A DNA stretch of 39,108 bases from Sphingobium sp. Lineage in GTDB: Bacteria > Pseudomonadota > Alphaproteobacteria > Sphingomonadales > Sphingomonadaceae. A model generated the notes under the pieces. The model had not been told where the DNA came from. It ran no database searches and saw only the letters and a program-made list of their open reading frames with translations. Location of the stretch: the NCBI GenBank assembly GCA_039934655.1, contig JBDTLS010000001.1, positions 1-39,108 on the forward strand, given 5' to 3'. This document shows, one piece after another, positions 9,853 through 20,095 of this stretch. The position numbers and the translations under genes are program-made. How positions within the stretch are numbered: the stretch's first letter is position 1; each line of letters begins with the position of its first letter.

Positions 9853-10983
9853 TCACCGGCTGAGCTTCACAGTCTGAACCGCGCTCGTCACCGTAAGGAT
9901 CGGAGAAAAGAGCTGGCTGACGAGCTGGATGACCTTGCTCGGCTGATTGGCCTTTGCATTGCCGATGTACAAAATATCCTTGTCCCGCATAGCGAATTGT
10001 TGCGCGAGAAAAAACGAGCCCGTTCGCATCATATTGAGATGATAGACGAAAGGCCGCACGGCGCCATCGGTACCGGCCGCGTAGCGGAAAACGAAAACGG
10101 CAGCTGGATCACCGAGGTTGGGATTGACGCCGCCGGCGGTGGCAACCGCTTCTGCCAGCGATACAGATGAACGACCGAACGGCACCTGATCGGCCCGGCC
10201 CGACGCGCCAAGGACCGAGAAAGTGCGAGGATCATTGATCAGGGTTACCCGATCTCCTGGGTAGGCGCGCCCATCGAGCGCAGGATTTTCCAACAGGTCG
10301 CTCATGCGGATCTGCGCGCTCAACTGTCCACGTATGACCCGCAGCTCGAGTTCCGACGCCTTGCCCCGATAACCGCCAGCCAACGCAACGACATCCGAGA
10401 AGGTTTCGCGGTTAGTCTGGAGGAGGAGGCGCCCCGGCTTGGCGACCTCACCGTTCAAGATGATCGAGTTAGTGATGACATCGCGCGGCGTTACCAGGAC
10501 CTGTGGATTCTGGCTGAAGCCCCGAAGCGCCAGACGGATCTGGTTCTGGACTTCAGCGACCGTTTTACCGGCGACGTGCAGCCGACCGGCATAAGGCATA
10601 ACAATATTCCCGTCGTCGTCCACACGGGCTGGAGGCAACGTATTCGCCCGGGCCGACGGGTCAAAGCCAGGAGTTGCAGCGCTAGCCGAGCCGCTACCGA
10701 AAAGCGCCACACCAGCCTCATAGATGGATATCTCGAGCACGTCGCCAGGTCCCACCATATCGGTCGGCGGCGGCGCCAGATCGGGAAACGACATGGCTGC
10801 CGGGGCGGGCTGGACCGGCAAGGACGCCGCATCGTCGACCTCGATGATCGTGAGGTCGGGCAGTTGCTCCGATTTCGTAGCGCCTTTAAGAACTTGCGGT
10901 CCGGTCGGGCCACTTGATGGTAGCGACGCGCACGCGCTGAGCAAGCCGGCGATGCCTATGATAGTCAGTGATCTGAAATGCAT
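9853..10983 (-). CDS. Outer-membrane polysaccharide export lipoprotein (OPX; Wza/CtrA/BexD/WcbC type)
   Basis: Lipobox LLSAC, LPSSGP, GPGDVLEISIYE, VDDDGNIVMPYAG, PQVLV, SLAEAVATAGG and MRDKDILYIGNA. Confidence 0.9.
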   Translation of the reverse strand: MHFRSLTIIGIAGLLSACASLPSSGPTGPQVLKGATKSEQLPDLTIIEVDDAASLPVQPAPAAMSFPDLAPPPTDMVGPGDVLEISIYEAGVALFGSGSASAATPGFDPSARANTLPPARVDDDGNIVMPYAGRLHVAGKTVAEVQNQIRLALRGFSQNPQVLVTPRDVITNSIILNGEVAKPGRLLLQTNRETFSDVVALAGGYRGKASELELRVIRGQLSAQIRMSDLLENPALDGRAYPGDRVTLINDPRTFSVLGASGRADQVPFGRSSVSLAEAVATAGGVNPNLGDPAAVFVFRYAAGTDGAVRPFVYHLNMMRTGSFFLAQQFAMRDKDILYIGNAKANQPSKVIQLVSQLFSPILTVTSAVQTVKLSR

Positions 10984-11177
10984 AACTCATTGCCTGGCGC
11001 TGTCGGAAGGTGATGGCAGGGCCTTAGATGAGCCTTTGTAACGTGGCAATCGCACTCCAGCGCGCGCGAGCGCACCCGGCTTGCACTCATCCCGCAGGAT
11101 CGGCCTCGCGTCTCGCGTCTCTACAAAGCCTGCACGTGCCCGTGGCCGGGCAAGACGAACGGCCTGGCCATAGCCCT

Positions 11178-13055
11178 TCATCGCCTGGGCCGCGCCTTGC
11201 CCTCCGTCGCCGACTCCTCGCCGGGGCGAGCGTGGATTGCAGCCCATTCGAGACCCGCGTGCTCACATGCGATGGGCCACATTCGCTCGATCGCGTGCAG
11301 GACTGTACCGTCATAGGGAACGGGCTCTCTCGGCCATTCCATATCCCGGGTTGCGTCGCGCATCGCCCGCGCGACCTCAACCCGGGCGAAAAACATATTG
11401 CCGATGGGGATCGGCCCAGGATGCCCCTTTAATCGGCGATCTAGACGCTTCGCAATCTGCTCGCAGAACGGTCGGTTTTTTCCCCAACCAACGCTGCGAG
11501 GCATGTCTGGGAAGAGCAGCCCGAGCCGTGTATCAGCGAAGGCATCTACCGCAGTCTGGGTCAGCAGTGTCCCGTAGAGGCTCTTTCGCCATTTTTCACC
11601 GTAACTGGCCCCCGCATCGGGGCTCTTTTTGGTATGGACGTGGCAGATCGTATCGCCGTCGTGAGCATAATTGATCGCATGATCAAGAAATGGCCCGATA
11701 TCTCGGCCCTTGTTTTCAATCAGTCTCGTTTCGTGTGCGATGAATGCCTGTTTATCTAAAATCTCGCATATCGCGTCATAGTTCTTTTTCGTAGTGGTCG
11801 TAATAAGAAAGCGCCCGCGCTTTGCCGCGTCAACAAAGTAATCGAGCATTTCCTCCACGACGTCTGGATAGAAAGCATGAATGTGGATCAACATCGAAGG
11901 CGGAAGTTGGCTAACAACTTTGCTTGTCGCCGGGATGCTGCGATATCGAATAAGATCGCCGTTTTCCTGGCGCGCGGCGTGGACACCAGGCCGCGGGTTG
12001 ATCGCGGCGATACCGAAACGCAGCATTCTCACGATTCCGGCCACACTGTCTTCGATCTGGCGCTGTGAGACAAAAGGGTCAAATGGGCTGCCATGCGCGG
12101 GACCGGTATAGTTACTGTCGATCTCGACGTCGACGGGCTTTGGTAGCCGGTGGGCTACTGATCGTATCTTGGCGAAAAGCGCCTCTTCATATTGCTTGTA
12201 GGACGTCACGGCCTGCGGAACGCCGAGAAGCTGCGGCTCAGTCCTCTGTGCTGACGCAGCTTCCAGCCCCGCCATTCGACGCGGTGGCTGCGGCCTCGGC
12301 GCATCAAGCGTGATCCAGGGATGAAGCCGCTCCATATTCCGGCTTAGCTCGACAATGTTTTCCCCGACATTCGTGTGCTGGCGCGACATCGAGTTTTGAT
12401 GGTTGCGGTAGCGGGAGAGCATCTCGGGCAGATGCAGCAGCCGCTCGCCGGCCTCGCAAACCCGTAGCCATAGTTCATAGTCCTCCCAGCCATGCTTGAT
12501 CGGGTGAAAACCTCCCAGTCGCTCGACTGCGTCGCGACGCAACATTGTCATCGCGTCGATATAATTGCCCCTCTTCAGGCGCTTGCGATCGAAGGCATTG
12601 GCTCCGATCAGCGCGGACGCACCGCCAAACTCCTCGATGATCGAACAGGCACCAATACAATCCCTGCGCGCATCGAGGGCGCGAACATGCTTTTCAATGC
12701 ATCGCGGAAAAAGGAGATTGTCGGCGTCCAAGAAAAAGCAATATTCCGAGCGTGCACGCGCTATGCCGGTGTTTCGCGTCACAGCGAGCCCGGCATTGTT
12801 CGAATTGGCGAGGAGCACGCACGACATATCGGGCGGAGCCGTTTGCCGCATCCAGTGGGCGACGATATCCTGAGAAGCGTCAGTGCTCGCGTCGTCAACC
12901 ACAATCAGCGCCAGACTTCCGTGGGTCTGGGCAGCGACGGAGGAAAGGGTATCCAGGATGAGATCTGCGTAATTGTGCAGCGGGACAATGACTGACACCT
13001 TGCGTGCCAAGTCGCCTCTTTCGAAGACTGTGTTCGTCGGCTGGACCTTCATCAT
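11178..13055 (-). CDS. Bifunctional GT2 glycosyltransferase + RgpF (rhamnan synthesis protein F)-like domain
   Basis: N-terminus VSVIVPLHNY, VVDDASTD, FLDADN, GWEDYELWLR; C-terminus IHIHAFYPD, ENKGRDIGPFL, HVHTKKSP, GNMFFAR, DGTVLHAIER. ATG at 13055 overlaps the upstream stop (ATGA). Confidence 0.85.
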   Translation of the reverse strand: MMKVQPTNTVFERGDLARKVSVIVPLHNYADLILDTLSSVAAQTHGSLALIVVDDASTDASQDIVAHWMRQTAPPDMSCVLLANSNNAGLAVTRNTGIARARSEYCFFLDADNLLFPRCIEKHVRALDARRDCIGACSIIEEFGGASALIGANAFDRKRLKRGNYIDAMTMLRRDAVERLGGFHPIKHGWEDYELWLRVCEAGERLLHLPEMLSRYRNHQNSMSRQHTNVGENIVELSRNMERLHPWITLDAPRPQPPRRMAGLEAASAQRTEPQLLGVPQAVTSYKQYEEALFAKIRSVAHRLPKPVDVEIDSNYTGPAHGSPFDPFVSQRQIEDSVAGIVRMLRFGIAAINPRPGVHAARQENGDLIRYRSIPATSKVVSQLPPSMLIHIHAFYPDVVEEMLDYFVDAAKRGRFLITTTTKKNYDAICEILDKQAFIAHETRLIENKGRDIGPFLDHAINYAHDGDTICHVHTKKSPDAGASYGEKWRKSLYGTLLTQTAVDAFADTRLGLLFPDMPRSVGWGKNRPFCEQIAKRLDRRLKGHPGPIPIGNMFFARVEVARAMRDATRDMEWPREPVPYDGTVLHAIERMWPIACEHAGLEWAAIHARPGEESATEGKARPRR

Positions 13056-14560
13056 GCGCGGAGCCCGCTCCAGCCCCACATGCGCTGGCGCAACTGCCCG
13101 CAATTGGCGCGGACCCGGCGCATCTCGGCCTGACCGTCGGGGTCTTCGAGAAGCCAGTGTAGTCGCTCAGGCATCGCGTCGAGGTCACATTCAAGATAGT
13201 CTCTTCCGGCCTCGACGAACCGGTTCGGGATGCATGGCTCAGTCAGCACGACACACCCCTCCATGATGCCAAAGAGAAACAGGCGGTGCCATTCGAAATA
13301 TCGGCTTTCTCCCTGGTGAATATTGAGGAGGATCTTCGAATTTCGCGCGATTTGAACGAAATCCGATGTCGGCATCATATCGGGATCGCCCTGACGCACC
13401 GGTCCGCTGAAGCGCGGGCAATGAAGAAATGAGTCATGATCCGCCAGGACTGGGGCGAGCAATGCGAGGGCAGCTTCTCGCCGCGAATTGGCAGCGCCCA
13501 CGAACAGAACGTCATAGGGCCGAGCAGAGAATTCATCCGGATAGCAAAGATCGAGGATGTACCGGCTATTCGAGAACTCGTCCGATATTGCGACGCGACC
13601 CGTGTCGAACGGGCTTCCGACCGTCGGCAATATTGGCAGAAATACGGTCCTGACGCCGAGACGCTGCAATCCCGCGGCCGAGGCCGGATTCATGTCGATC
13701 GCCTTATTCGACAAAGTGAGATACCTGAATGCAAGCGAGAACCACTGAGTATGCCATTGCTCGGTATTGAGATAGACAGCCTGGCTGAGCCATTGTTGTT
13801 TCCATCTCTTCCCAGGGCCGTGGATGCAGAATTCGTGTGGCGCCACCACGACGATATTGTCCGCTCTCGCATCGGACAGGTCGGGTTCGCAGGTGACGTC
13901 GTAGCCGGCATCGCTCAAAACCGTGCGGAGATAGTGGGCCATCTCGGTGAAAAAGAAATTCCCCTCACTCCAATATACAATATGAACAGGTTTGGACCGG
14001 TCGATCAGTTGCGCGATCTCGCAGCCCTGAACATCCCTGTTTTCAGTAAGGTAGGTATCAACCTTCTGGGGAGCGAAGACTGGTCGTCCCTCGGCAAATC
14101 CGTACTGACAAGCGTGGATCAAAGGCGCCATGCTGACGCTGTCCCCATGTTTCGCGGCGTAGTACGACGTCGAAAATAAGGGTCCCGGATCGATCCTTGG
14201 ATCCGTTGCGGACCGTTTCAGATAGTCGATCAGAAGGTCGGCATCGTCCCCTGCGTCATGCGCGTGGTGCGCGCGGTACCACGCCGCATCGAACAGGTGA
14301 AAGGTTGAAGCCTTTTTGCGCAAATCATCACTGATCGCGTCGGCCGCAGTTCTGGCCCGACTGGCGGTCAGGAATGTCGATGCTGCGACGACATTCCCGC
14401 CTTTACGCGGCGTCCGGCCGAGGTGCTGACCTATGCGCACGAAATGCTCGGCCGGCGACATGCCGGCCCGCAGCACGTCCGGATACCGCTCGACATACCA
14501 ATGCTCATCAAACAGGCCAGATTCCAGAAGTAGTCGCGCCTTGTCGGAAAATGTCGTCAT
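13052..14560 (-). CDS. Putative GT-B glycosyltransferase with N-terminal FD..Y..PDV repeats
   Basis: C-terminal YDVLFVG...SKILLNIH...FEWHRLF...GCVVLTEP resembles the Glyco_trans_1_2/CgeB type; three repeat modules at the N-terminus; paralog of 29264..30952. Confidence 0.7.
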   Translation of the reverse strand: MTTFSDKARLLLESGLFDEHWYVERYPDVLRAGMSPAEHFVRIGQHLGRTPRKGGNVVAASTFLTASRARTAADAISDDLRKKASTFHLFDAAWYRAHHAHDAGDDADLLIDYLKRSATDPRIDPGPLFSTSYYAAKHGDSVSMAPLIHACQYGFAEGRPVFAPQKVDTYLTENRDVQGCEIAQLIDRSKPVHIVYWSEGNFFFTEMAHYLRTVLSDAGYDVTCEPDLSDARADNIVVVAPHEFCIHGPGKRWKQQWLSQAVYLNTEQWHTQWFSLAFRYLTLSNKAIDMNPASAAGLQRLGVRTVFLPILPTVGSPFDTGRVAISDEFSNSRYILDLCYPDEFSARPYDVLFVGAANSRREAALALLAPVLADHDSFLHCPRFSGPVRQGDPDMMPTSDFVQIARNSKILLNIHQGESRYFEWHRLFLFGIMEGCVVLTEPCIPNRFVEAGRDYLECDLDAMPERLHWLLEDPDGQAEMRRVRANCGQLRQRMWGWSGLRA

Positions 14561-14575
14561 CGCGCTGGCGCCTTG

Positions 14576-16396
14576 TCAATCATAGCGCCGATTCTCGGTG
14601 ACGCCGTGGTAAACATAGTGCCGGAAGGGATCCTGCCCGGAGGAGGAAACGTCCGGATACCTGTTTGAATAGGTCTCGCAGTCGAAGAGGTCACGCTTCA
14701 GGAGCCGACGGTTACGCTTCTTCCGCTGCCATGCCAACGGCATGAAGCGCCACCACCATTTTCCACGATCGAGAAGAAAGCGAGCCACTTCGCGGAGCCA
14801 TCTGTTCTGCTCTTCAAGGGCGGCAATCTCGTCTTGCGCCTTGGCCAGCATAACGCTCAGCGAACCGATATCGCCCCGGCATTCGTCCAGGAGAGACCTG
14901 CTCTCGGAAAGTTCGGATTCAGATTGTTGGAGGCGCGCGCGACTTATGTCCAGTTGAGACTTGTTGTCTGAAGGCTCCGATAATTTCTTGTCCAGAATCT
15001 CCTGATTTTTCGTGAGGTCCGATGCTCGTGCTTCAAGGTCGAGGCCTGAATCATAGCCATCATTCTCGACAGGGTCATGTGCTTTCAGTCGCCCCCCGGA
15101 AACCTGATCGACCGTCATATCGCGCAATTGATCGTCGGGATTGGGGCGGGCATTCATCGCGGTGATCCGCTCATTCAGGGCGCCACTTCGTTGTTGCTCG
15201 CGCTCAAAATCCCTTGTGACCTTCGCCAGAGCCTTATCCAGCCTCGCGACCCGACGTTCCATTTCAGTCCGCGTGAGGGCCAGCTGTTCGACCCAGCCGC
15301 TCGCGTCGACAAGTGCGGCCCTGACTTTTTCCAGCTCGGCAGCGAGCTGCTCGCGTTCGCGCTCCCGCATATCTGCCGTCGCCCAGGCCTGGGCTGCCTC
15401 CTCCTCCCGCTGCGCGAGCCGGCTCTGCAGCTCACCCAATCCCGACGTCAGCTGCCGGGACTGTTCGTCGCGCGTTTCCGCCTCCGCCTGCATCTGCGCA
15501 TTCAGCCGGTCGAGCTCATTCTTCTCGCCGTCCAGACGATCGAGCTCGATCTTCAATTCCTCCGCGCGTCGCTGCAAAAGGGCCAGCTCCTCGCCCCGCG
15601 TAGCGGCGTTCTCGTCAAGCAGCACGAGATGGGCGGCCTGCTGCTCGACCTCAAGGGCGAGCCTGGTTCGCTCCGCACCCCATGCTTCCTCACGCTGGGC
15701 GAACTCTGCGTTCAGGAATTCGCTGTGAGCCACCCAGCGCCGGGTCTCCCCGCGTGCTTGATCGAGAAGGCGAACATCTTCAGTATCCTCAACCGGGTTG
15801 ATGATCCGCGACGATCGCCAAGTTAAAGCATTGGTGGAGGGGATCTTGTCATAGACAAAATCACGATTGAGGTCGGAATCGGATGGCCCCCGGCGAAAGA
15901 CGGCACAGAAATCGTTCCAGACTTCAGCCTCACGCTCGGCAACAAAGCTCTCGACCAGCAGGACGTCCAGTCCTTCGCTTGCCGCCCACTCCTCCAGGGC
16001 AAGGCCGGAATCTGGATAGAAACGCCAATAATCCCTGGGACAGCGACGAACTGTGCCATTCGAAGGCGCGCTGATATAGATATGGCCGCCCGGCCTCGCC
16101 TTCCTGCACATGGCAAGGAAAGTGCGCCAGAACGCCTTGTCGTGTTCGAACCCCGATGACGCCATTACCAGATCGAAATGCGCATCCAAAACAGGCCAGT
16201 CTGCGGCGTCGCTGACTACGATATCAACGCCATCGCCCGGGTCGAAGTCGAGCCCGACATATTCGGCGTTGCGCGGGGCATGATCGCGGAGCGTTCCATT
16301 GACGTTCTGCGCCCCGATCTCCAGGATTCTGGCGCCCGTCGACGGTAGATAGGTGTCCATAACCAAACCGCCGATACGGTATGCTGTATCATGCAT
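14576..16396 (-). CDS. Class I SAM methyltransferase + long coiled coil + Trp-rich/repeat C-terminal module (WbdD-like architecture)
   Basis: ILEIGAQNVNGTLR, YVGLD..PGDGVD, FEHD, RPGGHIYI, WRFYPDSG; then ~300 aa of E/Q/R/L/A heptad-like sequence; WWWRF tail. Start at MHDTAY (16396) preferred. Confidence 0.8.
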   Translation of the reverse strand: MHDTAYRIGGLVMDTYLPSTGARILEIGAQNVNGTLRDHAPRNAEYVGLDFDPGDGVDIVVSDAADWPVLDAHFDLVMASSGFEHDKAFWRTFLAMCRKARPGGHIYISAPSNGTVRRCPRDYWRFYPDSGLALEEWAASEGLDVLLVESFVAEREAEVWNDFCAVFRRGPSDSDLNRDFVYDKIPSTNALTWRSSRIINPVEDTEDVRLLDQARGETRRWVAHSEFLNAEFAQREEAWGAERTRLALEVEQQAAHLVLLDENAATRGEELALLQRRAEELKIELDRLDGEKNELDRLNAQMQAEAETRDEQSRQLTSGLGELQSRLAQREEEAAQAWATADMREREREQLAAELEKVRAALVDASGWVEQLALTRTEMERRVARLDKALAKVTRDFEREQQRSGALNERITAMNARPNPDDQLRDMTVDQVSGGRLKAHDPVENDGYDSGLDLEARASDLTKNQEILDKKLSEPSDNKSQLDISRARLQQSESELSESRSLLDECRGDIGSLSVMLAKAQDEIAALEEQNRWLREVARFLLDRGKWWWRFMPLAWQRKKRNRRLLKRDLFDCETYSNRYPDVSSSGQDPFRHYVYHGVTENRRYD

Positions 16397-16776
16397 TGCC
16401 CAGCCGATCATTGAGGAGCGGGGAACGACCCACTCGACGACAGGAGCCAAACTCGCTCCCGCCCATAATCTTGGTTGTTATGTACAAGCGCGTTACCCTC
16501 AGTGTTTTGGTACGGGGCTCTCATAGGACGGTGAGATTCAAAAAGTAAATTGCCCTAGTGCTCAATCTTGGATCGGCCGTTCGCCTGTGCGGAGCGCCGA
16601 TCGGCGGATCGAGAAGTAGCGGACGACCAGCTTGCATATATTGCGTGCCGCTGTCATCAAGCCCCAGCTTGAGGTTCCGGTTAGAAAATGCATCAATCCC
16701 ACTACCAAAATCGAGGGCGAAACCGCCGCGCTCGGAGGAACAATCGCATTCTCCTCGTTTTCCTGGAGAACAGTTC

Positions 16777-18384
16777 GTGATTAATAAGAAAAATAATCTC
16801 GAAAATATACTAATTACGGAAAATATATTTGATCTGTCTTTTTATAGGGACCAAGTCCCCAGTCTAGCGGCCTCACCTCCGATAGAACTTGTGCGACACT
16901 ATATTGAGGTGGGGGAGCGCCAGGGTCTCGCGCCCAGCAGCCATTTTGATCCAGAATACTATTTGCGTACTAATCCCGATCTCAGGGATGTCGGCAGTCT
17001 TGCGCGCCATTTTATCGCGTCCGGGCGAGATGAAGGCCGCTTCGGCAGCCTGACCTCGCAATTGATCGCCGAGGGCCTCGACGAAGACGCGGTTACGGAA
17101 GGTTTGATACCTCCACCGGAGGTGGGTAAGTCAAGTACAAAGTATCCCGACGCTTTTGCAATTGCGCTACGCTCTATCGACCAGGATCTTCAGTTTTTTT
17201 CGCGACAGTTTTACGTTTCGCGATACCCCGATATGGCAAGCCAGACGCTCGATCCGGTTGTTCATTTTCTGAGATACGGGCGCTTCGAGGGCCGCTTAAC
17301 AAATGTCTCGCTGTTTAAAGGAATACATATAAACCCAGATATGATAAAGGATCATTCTCGCTTTGCCATCGTCGGTGTGCACGAAGCCTCGATGACCGGT
17401 GCTCCTGTTGTGGGACTGGATCTCGCCACGGAGATGGCGAGTACTCAAAATATCATATTTATCTCTCTTCGGGACGGTCCTTTGGTCGAGGTTGCCAAGA
17501 AATTCTTTCCCATTGTAATCGTTGCGAGTCCCTATGATGTAGATAACACCTACATCGTTGATTACGTGGAGCGCCATTATAAGGTGAGAGATGCTATATT
17601 TTCAAGCAGTGCGTGCGTTCCATTTATTAGGCCGCTCTCTTCGGGGAATTGCCGAATAACCTGCTTGGTCCATGAATTTTTAGAGTATATGATTGACGCT
17701 AGAAGTGTTATATATTTATGCGATTTACTTGTTTTTTCATCTCGCCAACTGCTTAAGTCTTGGCAATATATGCTGGACGACCTGGAGCGCGATTCAGAGA
17801 CGATTATGGTCCTCCCGCAGCCCGCATCTTCGGCAAATGTGCGGATGATGTCGAAGGCGGCGGCGCGCGAGGCGTTAACCGCTACCATCGGCCTCGATCT
17901 GGAGGGTGCGGTTCTGGTGTTGGGAGCCGGTCAGATACAGATTCGCAAGGGGACCGACATATTTCTGCAAATCGGCAACCAGCTCAAGCGCGAAAAGGGC
18001 AAATTTGTTACCGTCTGGATTGGGGAGCAGGTCAGCGAATTCGACATGGGTTTTGGTGTTTGGTTCCACGCGCAGATGGAACGAAGCCGTGACAGTTCGG
18101 GAGCTCTGTCGGTCCATTTCGAACCACCGGGCCCGCTCTATCCCATTCTCATGGACGCCGCTGACGTGTTTTTGGTAACATCACGGCTTGACCCGCTTCC
18201 CAACGTCGCTCTGGACGCAGCAGCGCGGGGTGTGCCCGTGATAGCTTTTGCCGGCGCGACAGGCCTGGCTGATATCGCAGAGCAAGGGCTGATCGAGCTC
18301 CTTGAAGTAGAGATTGCGGCGGTTGATCAGGTTATTGCCGCCATCAAATCCTGCGCCATCACGACACAAGCGAGCATTGCGTGA
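16777..18384 (+). CDS. GT-B (GT4-like) glycosyltransferase with N-terminal FD..Y..PD repeats
   Basis: HEASMTGAP, VHEF, RKGTDIF, DVFLVTSRLDPLPNVALDAAARGVPVIAF; GTG at 16777 preceded by GGAGAA. Confidence 0.82.
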   Translation: MINKKNNLENILITENIFDLSFYRDQVPSLAASPPIELVRHYIEVGERQGLAPSSHFDPEYYLRTNPDLRDVGSLARHFIASGRDEGRFGSLTSQLIAEGLDEDAVTEGLIPPPEVGKSSTKYPDAFAIALRSIDQDLQFFSRQFYVSRYPDMASQTLDPVVHFLRYGRFEGRLTNVSLFKGIHINPDMIKDHSRFAIVGVHEASMTGAPVVGLDLATEMASTQNIIFISLRDGPLVEVAKKFFPIVIVASPYDVDNTYIVDYVERHYKVRDAIFSSSACVPFIRPLSSGNCRITCLVHEFLEYMIDARSVIYLCDLLVFSSRQLLKSWQYMLDDLERDSETIMVLPQPASSANVRMMSKAAAREALTATIGLDLEGAVLVLGAGQIQIRKGTDIFLQIGNQLKREKGKFVTVWIGEQVSEFDMGFGVWFHAQMERSRDSSGALSVHFEPPGPLYPILMDAADVFLVTSRLDPLPNVALDAAARGVPVIAFAGATGLADIAEQGLIELLEVEIAAVDQVIAAIKSCAITTQASIA

Positions 18385-18483
18385 AGCTCGGACGGCGGGC
18401 GGTGATCGGACAGGGAATTGCATTGAACGTGACACAACGGCGCGATCCGATTCCAGAGTAGGGTTGACGCAGACTGGAAGAAA

Positions 18484-19392
18484 ATGAACAGGCCTGATTC
18501 TTGTACCATTATAGGTGGCGGATTGATTGCGACCGTCGGGGCTTTGACTCTGGAGAAGTCAGGAGGCCCGGTGACTGTGGTGACTCGCGCGCCTCCGCCG
18601 CTGGGAGCGAACAAAATTGAATGGCGGTATGGTGACCTTGCGAGCGAGACCGCTTTCCAGACGGTGGCCGACGCAACGAGTGTCATCTACGCGGCGGGCA
18701 CCCTTGGGCCGGCAACACGGCTGGATTCTGTGTGCAAGGCCATCTCGGACGAGATCATCCCAGTCCTGAAACTGGCGGAGCATGCTGCGGCTTCTGGCGT
18801 GCAAACGTTCGTCTTCATCTCCTCGGGCGGTACGGTCTATGGACCGGACGCGCCGCTGCCAACGCCGGAGACGGCCAGGACGGCACCGATCAACACATAT
18901 GGCTCGATCAAGGCATTGACTGAACAGGCATTGCTCGAAGTCGGAAGGCAGTGTGGGCTTTCAGTCGTGATCCTGCGCATTTCGAACCCCTACGGACCAG
19001 GGCAAAATGGAACTCGTGGAATGGGATTCGTTGCGGCAGCGATAAACAAGGCCCTTGCTAATGAACCGATTGTCATCTGGGGCGATGGGAGCACCACGCG
19101 AGATTTTATCTTTATCGAGGATGTGGGAGCCGCTCTGGCGTTGGCGGCTGCCTATAGAGGGCAAAGCGTTGTTCTCAACATCGGCTCTGGTGAGGAGCAC
19201 TCACTGCTCGACGTTTGCGAGTTTGTGTCACGGAACAGTCGCCGTCCGCTAGAGGTTCAGTTGGACGCAGGGCGCGCCTTCGACGTTCCGAGAAGTTGCC
19301 TTGACGTATCACGCGCGGCCGAAGTCCTTGGCTGGCGGCCAAGTGTAAGACTCGAAGAAGGCATCGCGCGGACTATGGGCCACATGCTGTAG
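18484..19392 (+). CDS. NAD-dependent epimerase/dehydratase (extended SDR)
   Basis: ISSGGTVYG, YGSIK, LRISNPYGPGQ, IWGDGSTTRDFIFIED, NIGSG, LGWRP. Confidence 0.9.
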   Translation: MNRPDSCTIIGGGLIATVGALTLEKSGGPVTVVTRAPPPLGANKIEWRYGDLASETAFQTVADATSVIYAAGTLGPATRLDSVCKAISDEIIPVLKLAEHAAASGVQTFVFISSGGTVYGPDAPLPTPETARTAPINTYGSIKALTEQALLEVGRQCGLSVVILRISNPYGPGQNGTRGMGFVAAAINKALANEPIVIWGDGSTTRDFIFIEDVGAALALAAAYRGQSVVLNIGSGEEHSLLDVCEFVSRNSRRPLEVQLDAGRAFDVPRSCLDVSRAAEVLGWRPSVRLEEGIARTMGHML

Positions 19393-19447
19393 TCGAGGAT
19401 AATGCTGGCCGTCCACAAGCTGGATCGGGTGCCGGTGCGCGGTGGCG

Positions 19448-20095
19448 TCAGAGATTCTCGTAAACAGCAAGACCTTCTTCGAGGTCGTTGAATTGCGTCA
19501 TATGGCCACTTTCGAGTACGACCGCTCTATTGCAGAATTCCCGTATGGAAGACAGGCTGTGAGATGCCAGCAGGATGGCGCGGTCCTTGCGTTTCTCGAA
19601 AAGTTCGAAATGGCATTTTTCCTGAAAGTTCTTGTCACCCACCATGATAACTTCGTCTATCAGATAACAGTCGAATTCGATGGCAAGCGATAATGCAAAA
19701 GCAAGCCGCGCGCGCATGCCAGAGGAATAGGTTTTGACCGGCATGCGGAGCTGCCGCCCCAGCTCAGTGAAATCCTCGATAAATTGTCGCATGGTGCCAT
19801 AGTCACGGTCATAAATTCGGGCGATGAAGCGCGCGTTGTCGTATCCTGTCAGGCTCCCCTGAAAGCCCCCATGAAAGCCGAGCGGCCAGGAGCAGGTCAT
19901 TCCGCGGCGAATCCGTCCAGTGGTCGGCAGTTCAACCCCGCCGATCAGCTTTATCAAAGTGGATTTGCCTGCGCCGTTGCGGCCGAGCAGCCCAACCCGA
20001 TCACCAGGCGCAATGGCGAAATCGATTCCCTTGAGAACCTGCTTCTGGCCGTGACCAACCCGATAGCTCTTCCAGAGGTTGGAGCACGAGATCAT
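19448..20095 (-). CDS. kpsT: Capsule ABC transporter ATP-binding protein, KpsT/BexA family
   Basis: Walker A GRNGAGKST, YSSGMRARLAF, YLIDEV..VGD, SH switch; ~215 aa with no C-terminal extension; ATG at 20095 overlaps the kpsM stop. Confidence 0.93.
   Translation of the reverse strand: MISCSNLWKSYRVGHGQKQVLKGIDFAIAPGDRVGLLGRNGAGKSTLIKLIGGVELPTTGRIRRGMTCSWPLGFHGGFQGSLTGYDNARFIARIYDRDYGTMRQFIEDFTELGRQLRMPVKTYSSGMRARLAFALSLAIEFDCYLIDEVIMVGDKNFQEKCHFELFEKRKDRAILLASHSLSSIREFCNRAVVLESGHMTQFNDLEEGLAVYENL

Noticed and set aside
10987-11247. 86-aa minus-strand ORF between the GT-RgpF and OPX genes
   Set aside because: It overlaps the upstream gene's 3' end, has a TTG/weak start and no motif; more likely intergenic or regulatory.
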